Of a stretch of DNA of 36,196 bases, positions 8,959-16,058 are shown in pieces. The position numbers and the translations under genes were made by a program. Within the stretch, counting starts at the first letter, position 1. Each line of letters begins with the position of its first letter. The notes beneath the pieces are model-generated. The model did not search any database. It saw nothing but the letters and a program-made list of their open reading frames with translations, and was not told the DNA's origin. The DNA comes from Bdellovibrionales bacterium (GTDB taxonomy: Bacteria; Bdellovibrionota; Bdellovibrionia; Bdellovibrionales; JAMPXM01), in NCBI GenBank assembly GCA_043716655.1, contig JAYSYF010000218.1, positions 1 through 36,196 of the forward strand, given 5' to 3'.

Positions 8959-9573
8959 CTACTTTCCTGTAGGTTTATCAAATGAAATTTTGCGCAAGAA
9001 ATGGTTGTCATAACCGCCAGGATTTTTCACCAAATAGTCCTGATGCTCTGGCTCGGATTCGTAAAACGGTTTTGCTTTTGCAATTTCCGTGGTGATCGGA
9101 GCTTTCCATGCTCCTGACTTTTCAACTTTTAGCTTAAACGCCTCCACGGCGATTTTCTGAGCGTCGTTCGTATAATAAACCGCTGATCGATACTGTGTGC
9201 CTTTATCATTTCCCTGCCGACTCAACGTCGTCGGATCATGCATCTTGAAGAACTGATCGAGCAGCAATTCGTAAGTCACCTTGCTCGGATCAAATTTGAT
9301 CTCGACGCTTTCTGCGTGTCCCGTATGACCGTCGTGGGTGTCATCGTATTTTGGATTCGGAACAGTGCCACCCGTAAAACCGACACGAGTGTCCATGACT
9401 CCTGGAATCTTGCGGAAAAACTCTTCGACGCCCCAGAAACATCCGGCGGCAAAAATAGCGACTTCCATATTCGCCTTGGGAGCAGCCTTCGGTGGAGCGG
9501 AGGATGCTGCGAACGAAATGTTGGCGGCGATGACCAGCGACAACGAGACGAAACACATCTTTAAAAAAGTCAT
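8959..9573 (-). CDS. msrA: Peptide-methionine (S)-S-oxide reductase with signal peptide
   Basis: GCFWG catalytic motif, GHAE, RQGNDKGTQYRS and EHQDYL; signal peptide ending ISFA. Confidence 0.95.
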   Translation of the reverse strand: MTFLKMCFVSLSLVIAANISFAASSAPPKAAPKANMEVAIFAAGCFWGVEEFFRKIPGVMDTRVGFTGGTVPNPKYDDTHDGHTGHAESVEIKFDPSKVTYELLLDQFFKMHDPTTLSRQGNDKGTQYRSAVYYTNDAQKIAVEAFKLKVEKSGAWKAPITTEIAKAKPFYESEPEHQDYLVKNPGGYDNHFLRKISFDKPTGK

Positions 9574-9594
9574 TTGACCCCCATAGGTGAAAAG

Positions 9595-10356
9595 CTAGAG
9601 ACCGAGGTACTCACCATAGCCATTTTCAGCCCAATAATCGGCTGGCATCGTCTCTGCAAACGCGATGCTGCCAATTTGTTTAATGCTTTTAACGCCGTAC
9701 TTTACGCTCGTTACTAAACGAACCGGAAACCCGTGTGAATGACTTAAAACTGAACCGTTCATTAAAAGACACAACAGCGTCTGCGGATGCATCATACTCT
9801 TCATGTCCATTGCGACGTAGTAGCCGCCGTCAACGCTGGTGAGTTTTGCGTATTGTGGCAATTCAGTCAGCCGATATGCCGTCGTAAAATCGGTGAAACG
9901 AACGCCGGTGAAAGTCATCCACTGGCTCCAGCCTTCGACACACTTGAATTCGAACGTTTCTGTCACCTGTGGAAGTTTCTGCAAGTCTTCAAGCGAAACC
10001 GAAAAATCTTCGTCGAGTGATGGCGACGAAATCTGCAACCGCCACTTCCCACCATCGACCGAGGTATCGATGCCGACGTCGCCGTTGAGGCGAGGCTTTG
10101 TCAAAACAGGTTCGTCACGTTCGGGAGCCCGTGCGCTGCCAAACTGCGATTTCCAAACCGATTCTCCAATTTCGTTCATTCGGCGAAGCGGCCAAGGCAG
10201 TCCTCGATCTTCTTCTGCGTTGAAAATTGCGCGCAACCCAAATCCGCCAGCGGCGAACAGGATTGCCCATTTCGCAAAGCTTCGTCGGTTGCGCCGATTG
10301 AACTCGGCATCTTCCATTCGTACGGTCTCGAGTGGCGGAAGTTCTCTATTCGACAT
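9595..10356 (-). CDS. Molybdopterin-dependent oxidoreductase, sulfite oxidase / MsrP(YedY)-like family
   Basis: FKCVEGWS (Mo-ligating Cys), HGFPVRLV, KYGVKSIK and YWAENGY. Twin-Arg-like NRRSF before a hydrophobic helix. ATG at 10356 overlaps the upstream stop region. Confidence 0.85.
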   Translation of the reverse strand: MSNRELPPLETVRMEDAEFNRRNRRSFAKWAILFAAGGFGLRAIFNAEEDRGLPWPLRRMNEIGESVWKSQFGSARAPERDEPVLTKPRLNGDVGIDTSVDGGKWRLQISSPSLDEDFSVSLEDLQKLPQVTETFEFKCVEGWSQWMTFTGVRFTDFTTAYRLTELPQYAKLTSVDGGYYVAMDMKSMMHPQTLLCLLMNGSVLSHSHGFPVRLVTSVKYGVKSIKQIGSIAFAETMPADYWAENGYGEYLGL

Positions 10357-10978
10357 CGCGCTTCTCCAGTCCGGTGACCATCGCGCGGAAGCCGTTCCAG
10401 CCTGCACGAACAACCTGTGCAATGTGTACGAAGAAGAATGCGACAAAAGCGATCGTTATGATGAAGTGTTCAAAACGAGCGGCCTCATATCCACCTAGCG
10501 AGTAGGTTAACCAACCGAGCTGAATCGGTTTGTAAATCGCGAGTCCCGTTACCAAGGCCGCGAATCCCAGAAAAAGCATTCCCGTGTAAGCAAAGCGCTG
10601 GGCCCCATTGTATTTTACCTGCTTAGGTAAGGCGCCTTTGTAAATCTTCAGATCATGCAACAATACAATCGCTGCATCTTTTATCGAGCGTCGGTCTGGA
10701 AACAAGTATCGCCATTGGCCAGAGAAGAATAGAAAGCCAGCGTACAGGGCGCCATTGATGCCGAAGACGACTGCGAATGGAAAATGCCAAGACATCCCTT
10801 GCGCGAGTTTGTGGTGCAACCCGGTTGCATCGAGCCACGAGCCCGGCAAAAAATAAATGTCATTCGCCCAATAGATAAGTAAGCCCGACCAAATCATGAT
10901 CGTCAGCACCGGAAAATTGATCCAGTGGTTCCATCGGATTGCTAGTGGATGTTTTTTCTGAACGGTTACCATTGCCAT
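10346..10978 (-). CDS. Cytochrome b/b6-domain membrane protein (YdhU/PhsC-like)
   Basis: HPLAIRWNHWIN, SWHF, KYNGAQRFAY and ARFEHF...FFVHI: four helices with conserved heme-ligating His. Confidence 0.88.
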   Translation of the reverse strand: MAMVTVQKKHPLAIRWNHWINFPVLTIMIWSGLLIYWANDIYFLPGSWLDATGLHHKLAQGMSWHFPFAVVFGINGALYAGFLFFSGQWRYLFPDRRSIKDAAIVLLHDLKIYKGALPKQVKYNGAQRFAYTGMLFLGFAALVTGLAIYKPIQLGWLTYSLGGYEAARFEHFIITIAFVAFFFVHIAQVVRAGWNGFRAMVTGLEKRDVE

Positions 10979-10986
10979 CCCTGAAA

Positions 10987-11355
10987 TTATATCTCGAGAC
11001 CCAGCGTTACGCTAAGCAAAAGACCGAAAAGCACGAGAGCTGAAACACAGGCCAAGGCATAATCTCGCTTTTTTATGAACACTGCAAATGTCATCAAAAC
11101 GCGAATCACAGGTAAACAAAGCAACACGAACATGCCGAGGTAAGACGTCAACAATCCCCATTCGCGCGCGTGGAATAACTGAATCAGCGTCGGAACCAGT
11201 CGCATTTCCCTGTAGACGTGAAACTGCGCGAAAGTATCGTTCGAAAAACTGATTTGCGAAATCCAACCGACCAGCATGAGAGCTCCGGCTATCATGACTC
11301 CATAACGAAGAAAGCGTGCGATGAAAAGTTCGAGCGCATGAATGTCGTGCTTCAT
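10987..11355 (-). CDS. DUF1634-family membrane protein
   Basis: LELFIARFLRYGV...LGMFVLLCLPVIRV...KKRDY pattern. ATGA overlap with the tauE stop. TauE-DUF1634 is a common pairing. Confidence 0.8.
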   Translation of the reverse strand: MKHDIHALELFIARFLRYGVMIAGALMLVGWISQISFSNDTFAQFHVYREMRLVPTLIQLFHAREWGLLTSYLGMFVLLCLPVIRVLMTFAVFIKKRDYALACVSALVLFGLLLSVTLGLEI

Positions 11356-12167
11356 GACAAGCCTTTGTAAAACATCTGAACTGCAACGACACCAAGTACC
11401 AGAACGAAGATGTAACGTATCAGCTGCGGTTTCATTCGCAGCATCATCCGGGCTCCACCCCAAGAACCAATGATGATTCCGACGGCCACGGGCGCAGTGA
11501 TTTCAGGTCGGATCAAGCCTTGTGCGAAATATGCCCCGGCGCTTGCCGTCGCCGTGACTCCGATCATGAAGTTCGAAGTCGCCGATGAGACTTTAATCGG
11601 AAGCTTCATTGCTCCGTCCATGGCGAGTACTTTAAGAACGCCGCTTCCGATTCCAAGCAGCGCCGAGAGAATGCCAGCGAAGTACATGTACAACAAACCT
11701 ATCGGAACTCGTTCAACTTTATAGGCGACTCGTTCTCCGTGCTCGTTTGGATACGAACTTGCGAGCCGAAGCCGTTCGGACCAAGCATGATCATTCGCCG
11801 CCAACACTTCGCCGCGTTTTCGAAGCATCATGGCTGCCGAGAAAATAAGAAAAACACCGAATATCAGAAACAAAAACCTGGGTTCCACTAAGCTCGCTAT
11901 CAGGACACCAGTGATGGCCCCAGCGACGGTACCGACTTCGAGAAGAACGGCGACTCTTAAGTTGGTTAAGTGATCCTTCAGAAAACTCGCTGCAGCTCCG
12001 GACGACGTTGCCACAATCGAAATCAAACTGGCCGCAATAGCGTACCTAATGTCGACGTGTAAAAACAAAGTCAGTACAGGAACGACGATCATGCCACCGC
12101 CGATGCCGAGCAGTGCTCCAAGAAAACCCGCACCTATGGATATCGCAAAGAGTAATAGCTCGTACAC
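11352..12167 (-). CDS. Sulfite exporter TauE/SafE family protein
   Basis: Duplicated GALLGIGGG / SALLGIGSG motifs, KVSSATSNFMIGVTA; about 8 TM segments. Confidence 0.9.
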   Translation of the reverse strand: MYELLLFAISIGAGFLGALLGIGGGMIVVPVLTLFLHVDIRYAIAASLISIVATSSGAAASFLKDHLTNLRVAVLLEVGTVAGAITGVLIASLVEPRFLFLIFGVFLIFSAAMMLRKRGEVLAANDHAWSERLRLASSYPNEHGERVAYKVERVPIGLLYMYFAGILSALLGIGSGVLKVLAMDGAMKLPIKVSSATSNFMIGVTATASAGAYFAQGLIRPEITAPVAVGIIIGSWGGARMMLRMKPQLIRYIFVLVLGVVAVQMFYKGLS

Positions 12168-12173
12168 GAGGAC

Positions 12174-12203
12174 ATCTTAGGTCTGGTTGATTACAACTGG
12201 CAA
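12174..12203 (-). promoter_or_regulatory. Putative sigma70 promoter of the tauE-msr operon, leaderless geometry
   Basis: Minus strand reads TTGCCA-N18-TAAGAT-N6-GTG start; no SD. Confidence 0.5.
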
Positions 12204-12255
12204 CGACGGGGATGTCTCCTGCCGTCTCATATCGAGAATAAATGTTCTCGACCGC

Positions 12256-12284
12256 TGAAACTTTCCGGCACCGTCAGTTGTTTC
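12256..12284 (+). promoter_or_regulatory. Putative ECF-type promoter
   Basis: TGAAACTTT (-35-like, AAC core at 12259-12261) with TGTTT 17 nt later, upstream of GGAGG SD and ATG 12307, heading a cluster that encodes an ECF sigma. Confidence 0.4.
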
Positions 12285-12306
12285 CTCAGCAACTGGAGGC
12301 TACCAA

Positions 12307-12660
12307 ATGAACACACGGCAAATCGTTCTCGCTTCAATCGGCTTACTTCTCTTCACAGGATTAACTGCTTCGGCCGAGGCGCGCGACCGCGTCGATCGCC
12401 GTCAGGGACATCAGAGCCACCGCGTCCACGACGGAATGAAGTCGGGTGATCTAACGAACGGAGAAGCCGCACGACTGCGCGAATCCAAACGCGTAATCCG
12501 TCGTACCGAAAAGCGCGTCGAATCTGATGGCGTAGTCACTGACAAAGAGAAGGCGCGCCTCGAAAATATGCAGGACGCGCGAAGTCGACAAATTAATCGC
12601 CTCAAACATAATGATAAAAAAGATTCTACTGCAACGCCGAACGCAACACAGGAGCTTTAA
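12307..12660 (+). CDS. Secreted Arg-rich helical repeat protein
   Basis: Signal peptide ending ASAEA; two internal repeats (SGDLTNGEAARL / DGVVTDKEKARL); strong GGAGG SD. Confidence 0.8.
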   Translation: MNTRQIVLASIGLLLFTGLTASAEARDRVDRRQGHQSHRVHDGMKSGDLTNGEAARLRESKRVIRRTEKRVESDGVVTDKEKARLENMQDARSRQINRLKHNDKKDSTATPNATQEL

Positions 12661-13578
12661 ATGAAAAACGCGAAACTCTCGAAGCCACTTTTGTTTCTCG
12701 CAATCACCACAGCTTTAGTCACAGGATGTCGCCAAGGCGAGCAATCGACCGTCACTGCGAATGACACTCAAGCCGACGTCGTTGAATCTGCAGTCACGAT
12801 GATCGCCGGTCAGGCTGATGACGCCGCTGGCAGCAGCTTTGCGATGCAAACAAGTTCAGATGCCTACAAGTACGCGTTTGTAGAAACACTTCTCGTTGGT
12901 TCTGCCCATGCCGCTAACTGTGGTCGTGCTTACGATCAAGCCTGCGACAACGCGACAGGCGTTAAATCAGTAACTTATTCGAACTGCACGATCGCAGCGC
13001 GTGGCTTCACTCTTTCAGGAAATGTCACGCTCACCTATTCGAACAATAGTTGTTTGCTGGGCGTGGGAGATTACGTCCATCGCACCTACAATCACACAGT
13101 CACTGGTCCACGCGGCGGTGCGATTCAGACAACTTCGGCCCTGCGCGCTGACTATCGCGGAACGCAGATCGGCGGCGGAGGAAAACTTACGCACACGGGT
13201 GCGTCCGATTGGACAGTCGAACTTTTGGGCAAACATAAGATCGGAACAAGAAACGGGAACACGCTGTTTGACGTGTCTGCACGAACGACGACTCCGATCA
13301 GTATCACGAACAGCCTGACTCGTGCGGGTCGAACGATTTCAGCGGGTGCGGTGGAAGTGAATCACAACGCTGCGGGCTTCACTGCGACGCTCACAGCAAA
13401 TGCGAGCCAGCCCTTGGTCTGGACTTCACTCTGCTGTCATCCGGTATCGGGCCGCCTCGATGCGACCTACACCGGCTCGGTAACTGGAACCGGTTCAATA
13501 ACTTTCAATGGATGTGGATCAGCCGAGTTGTCAAAAGACGGAACCACTCGCACACTCTCACTTGGCTACTGCGAATAA
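12661..13578 (+). CDS. Cys/Thr/Gly-rich lipoprotein, beta-rich
   Basis: Lipobox LVTG-C, eight further Cys, GGAG SD inside the upstream gene end; abuts the upstream stop. Confidence 0.82.
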   Translation: MKNAKLSKPLLFLAITTALVTGCRQGEQSTVTANDTQADVVESAVTMIAGQADDAAGSSFAMQTSSDAYKYAFVETLLVGSAHAANCGRAYDQACDNATGVKSVTYSNCTIAARGFTLSGNVTLTYSNNSCLLGVGDYVHRTYNHTVTGPRGGAIQTTSALRADYRGTQIGGGGKLTHTGASDWTVELLGKHKIGTRNGNTLFDVSARTTTPISITNSLTRAGRTISAGAVEVNHNAAGFTATLTANASQPLVWTSLCCHPVSGRLDATYTGSVTGTGSITFNGCGSAELSKDGTTRTLSLGYCE

Positions 13579-13611
13579 ATTGAGGATGAGCCTAAGAATG
13601 CGACTGAATCA

Positions 13612-14196
13612 GTGAGTGAACAAAGTGATGACTCTCTCATGAAACTTCTGACCGAAGGTTCGAAGTCGGGAGAGTCGAAAAAAGCATTCCGCCTTCTTTT
13701 CGATCGGCACGGCGGACTGGTGCTTGGATACTGCACCCGACTCTTAACCGACCGATCGCTTGCCGAAGATGTGGCACAGGATGTTTGGATGAAAGTTTTA
13801 AAAAACGCATCTACATATGAAAGCCGAAATCAGCTTCGCCCCTGGCTTTTGACCATCGCTCGAAACACATCGCTCAACATTCTGCGCAGTCGTAAATCAT
13901 GGGTCGAATTAGATGTGGAAAACGACGACGCTTCTATTGAACAGAATCGGACGATGGACGCAGACGTTCTGACAAACCTCATAGCAAAAGGTCAGGCCGT
14001 TAGCATTCGTGCCCAGATCGACGCTCTGCCAACCGCACAACGAACCGCACTGTCGCTGCTCACCATCGAAAATCTTACTTACGAAGAAATTGCCGCAGCC
14101 ATGACTCTTTCAGTTGGCGCAGTCAAAACCCATATCCATCGCGGTCGCCAAACACTTCTCGAGCACTTCGCCCCAATAGGTCGGGAGCTGCCATGA
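13612..14196 (+). CDS. ECF RNA polymerase sigma factor
   Basis: Region 2 AEDVAQDVWMKV...WLLTIARN; region 4 LTYEEIAAAM...GAVKTHIHRGR. Confidence 0.93.
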   Translation: MSEQSDDSLMKLLTEGSKSGESKKAFRLLFDRHGGLVLGYCTRLLTDRSLAEDVAQDVWMKVLKNASTYESRNQLRPWLLTIARNTSLNILRSRKSWVELDVENDDASIEQNRTMDADVLTNLIAKGQAVSIRAQIDALPTAQRTALSLLTIENLTYEEIAAAMTLSVGAVKTHIHRGRQTLLEHFAPIGRELP

Positions 14197-14537
14197 AGGG
14201 CCCGAACTGGTTCGAAGAAATACCGTCGAAAGAATTTAAAACGCGCGTCGAACATTCTGCCGATCAAGAAATTGGTCGACGCGAACGACTCGCCGCCGAC
14301 GCAGGCTCTCGACGAAATCTGTTTTCTTACATCTCGTTCGAGGTACTCGGTTCAGTATCGGTCGCTGCGATTGCGGGAGTTCTTGGTTTCTGGCTCGTCA
14401 ATCGTGACGACAGTGTATCCGTCGAAGTTGTTGATACATCGATCGAGGTCGAAGATATCGATCTGCTCGCCGAATACGATATTTTAGAAGAACTAGAAAT
14501 TATCGAGTCTTTGAAAGATGAGGACATGTCGTCATGA
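14193..14537 (+). CDS. Putative single-pass anti-sigma factor with acidic C-terminal tail (DUF3619-like position)
   Basis: ATGA-coupled to the ECF gene; one TM helix; tail DIDLLAEYDILEELEIIE. Confidence 0.65.
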   Translation: MKGPNWFEEIPSKEFKTRVEHSADQEIGRRERLAADAGSRRNLFSYISFEVLGSVSVAAIAGVLGFWLVNRDDSVSVEVVDTSIEVEDIDLLAEYDILEELEIIESLKDEDMSS

Positions 14538-14701
14538 GTGAACCGATCCCAAAAGATCTTGCGCTTTATATCGACGCGCTTCTGGTCATCGAAAGTAACG
14601 ATGATGCAAAAGAGCTGCTAGCAAATCCCGACCTTTTTGAGGATCTCGACATCCATGAAATGCCCGAGTCTGAACGAAAAGAAAGTGAGGTCGAATCATG
14701 A
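14534..14701 (+). CDS. 55-aa acidic protein, absent from the ORF track
   Basis: MSEPIPKDLALYIDALLVIESNDDAKELLANPDLFEDLDIHEMPESERKESEVES. ATGA overlaps at both ends (14534-14537 and 14698-14701); GAGG SD upstream. Confidence 0.75.
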   Translation: MSEPIPKDLALYIDALLVIESNDDAKELLANPDLFEDLDIHEMPESERKESEVES

Positions 14702-15156
14702 AGCACCCAAATCTTTCTCGAAGAATGTTTTTAAGAGGCGCTGGCGTCTCGTTGCTCGCGTCGACAATACCTTCGACGTTGATGGCACAGCCGGCGGCTG
14801 CAGATCCGAATGCTCGGTTCAACTCGCTTACGCCAGAACAAAAGACTGCCGTGCTCGAGCGGTACAAGGCGCTTCAGGCGCTAACGCCCGAGCAACGGGA
14901 AAAGTTGAGAGCGGTTTCTAAGCGAATGAAGTCGATGTCGCCGGAGCGACGAGAAAAAGTTCGGTCAGCTCTTGGCAGATGGAAAAAACTTGATCCTGCA
15001 GGACGCGAAAGATTGCGTGCGCGCTGGCAGAAATTCCAATCGTTGTCGCCTGAACAACGTGCGCGCCTAAGAACCAAGTTTGAAAGATGGCAGCAATTGT
15101 CACCCGCGCAACGCGATTCGCTTCGACGCGCAATTCGCCGACGACGCCAGGGATGA
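14698..15156 (+). CDS. Tat-exported DUF3106-like basic helical repeat protein
   Basis: SRRMFL twin-Arg signal; repeated (F/W)xxL(T/S)P(E/A)Q(R/K) units; very Arg/Lys-rich. Confidence 0.8.
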   Translation: MKHPNLSRRMFLRGAGVSLLASTIPSTLMAQPAAADPNARFNSLTPEQKTAVLERYKALQALTPEQREKLRAVSKRMKSMSPERREKVRSALGRWKKLDPAGRERLRARWQKFQSLSPEQRARLRTKFERWQQLSPAQRDSLRRAIRRRRQG

Positions 15157-16058
15157 GGCTATTTCTCGTAATCCTATTGATTTCGAACTTTTGTGAGCCC
15201 GCGCACGCAGAAGATCACGACCTGACTTTTAGTCTTCCATCTGCACTCGTAGTTGGCGGCGGAGCTTCCAGCACCGGAACAAAATCTGGATTGTTTGATG
15301 TGCGATTCATGTTACCGCGCAACTATTGGATCGGGGCCGCCTTCAATCGCGCGATCGAAGAAACTGACGGTCTCGAAACAAAGACGTCCGGTTCTGCATT
15401 TTCCATCGGAACCGATCCGCTCGAAGAATATTCTGTCGAAGGCGAATACGATAATTCGGGCGTCGATGATCAATACCGCGTGCAGGAAGGTCGGGTTCGT
15501 TTCACGGCCATGCCGGATAATTTTTTTGGACTATCGAACTCGGGCTTCGAAGCTACTCTTGAGCTAAGAGCTTCTAAATTTAGCTTTGCGAATTCTCCGA
15601 ATATCATCTTTCAATCGACGACGGTTGAACTTGCAGCCCAAAACGCTCGACTTGAACTCGCCTGGTATGGGTGGTCTCCCTGGACGATTCGGATGTGGAC
15701 GGAAAAGGGGACACTTGCTGACGGCTTTAAAGAATTAGCGCGCCCGTTGGCCCCACTCTTCGTACCATTGGCCGCTATATCGACAGCTGTGTCTTGGACC
15801 GGTGAAGAGGTGGGCGCTGGAGTCGCATTCTCGAGAAGACGATGGAGCACGCGACTGATGGGATCCTCCAGAACAGCAACAGTCACCGGCGAACAAACCG
15901 GAACATTGAGCGTGGGTGGCGAATTCAGGTGGACGCCTCAAATCGCTACTGCACTGAGATTTTCTCACACCGCCGCGATGACACAATCAAGCCAGACGAC
16001 ATCGACTGACGGCGATCCAATTCAGTCCTACGGACTCGATCTTTCATTCTTGTTTTAG
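15153..16058 (+). CDS. Putative outer-membrane beta-barrel protein
   Basis: ATG 15153 coupled to the upstream stop; signal peptide ending AHA; amphipathic strands; C-terminal YGLDLSFLF beta-signal. Confidence 0.7.
   Translation: MRLFLVILLISNFCEPAHAEDHDLTFSLPSALVVGGGASSTGTKSGLFDVRFMLPRNYWIGAAFNRAIEETDGLETKTSGSAFSIGTDPLEEYSVEGEYDNSGVDDQYRVQEGRVRFTAMPDNFFGLSNSGFEATLELRASKFSFANSPNIIFQSTTVELAAQNARLELAWYGWSPWTIRMWTEKGTLADGFKELARPLAPLFVPLAAISTAVSWTGEEVGAGVAFSRRRWSTRLMGSSRTATVTGEQTGTLSVGGEFRWTPQIATALRFSHTAAMTQSSQTTSTDGDPIQSYGLDLSFLF

Noticed and set aside
9839-10498. 219-aa plus-strand ORF
   Set aside because: Antisense shadow of the Mo oxidoreductase and cytochrome b genes; Ser-rich, no motifs.
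9595-10978. Naming the Mo enzyme and cytochrome b msrP/msrQ
   Set aside because: The cytochrome is YdhU/PhsC-like rather than MsrQ-like, and the substrate cannot be read from sequence.
12265-12282. Sigma54 promoter from GGCAC upstream of 12307
   Set aside because: GG-N10 is followed by TG, not the required GC.
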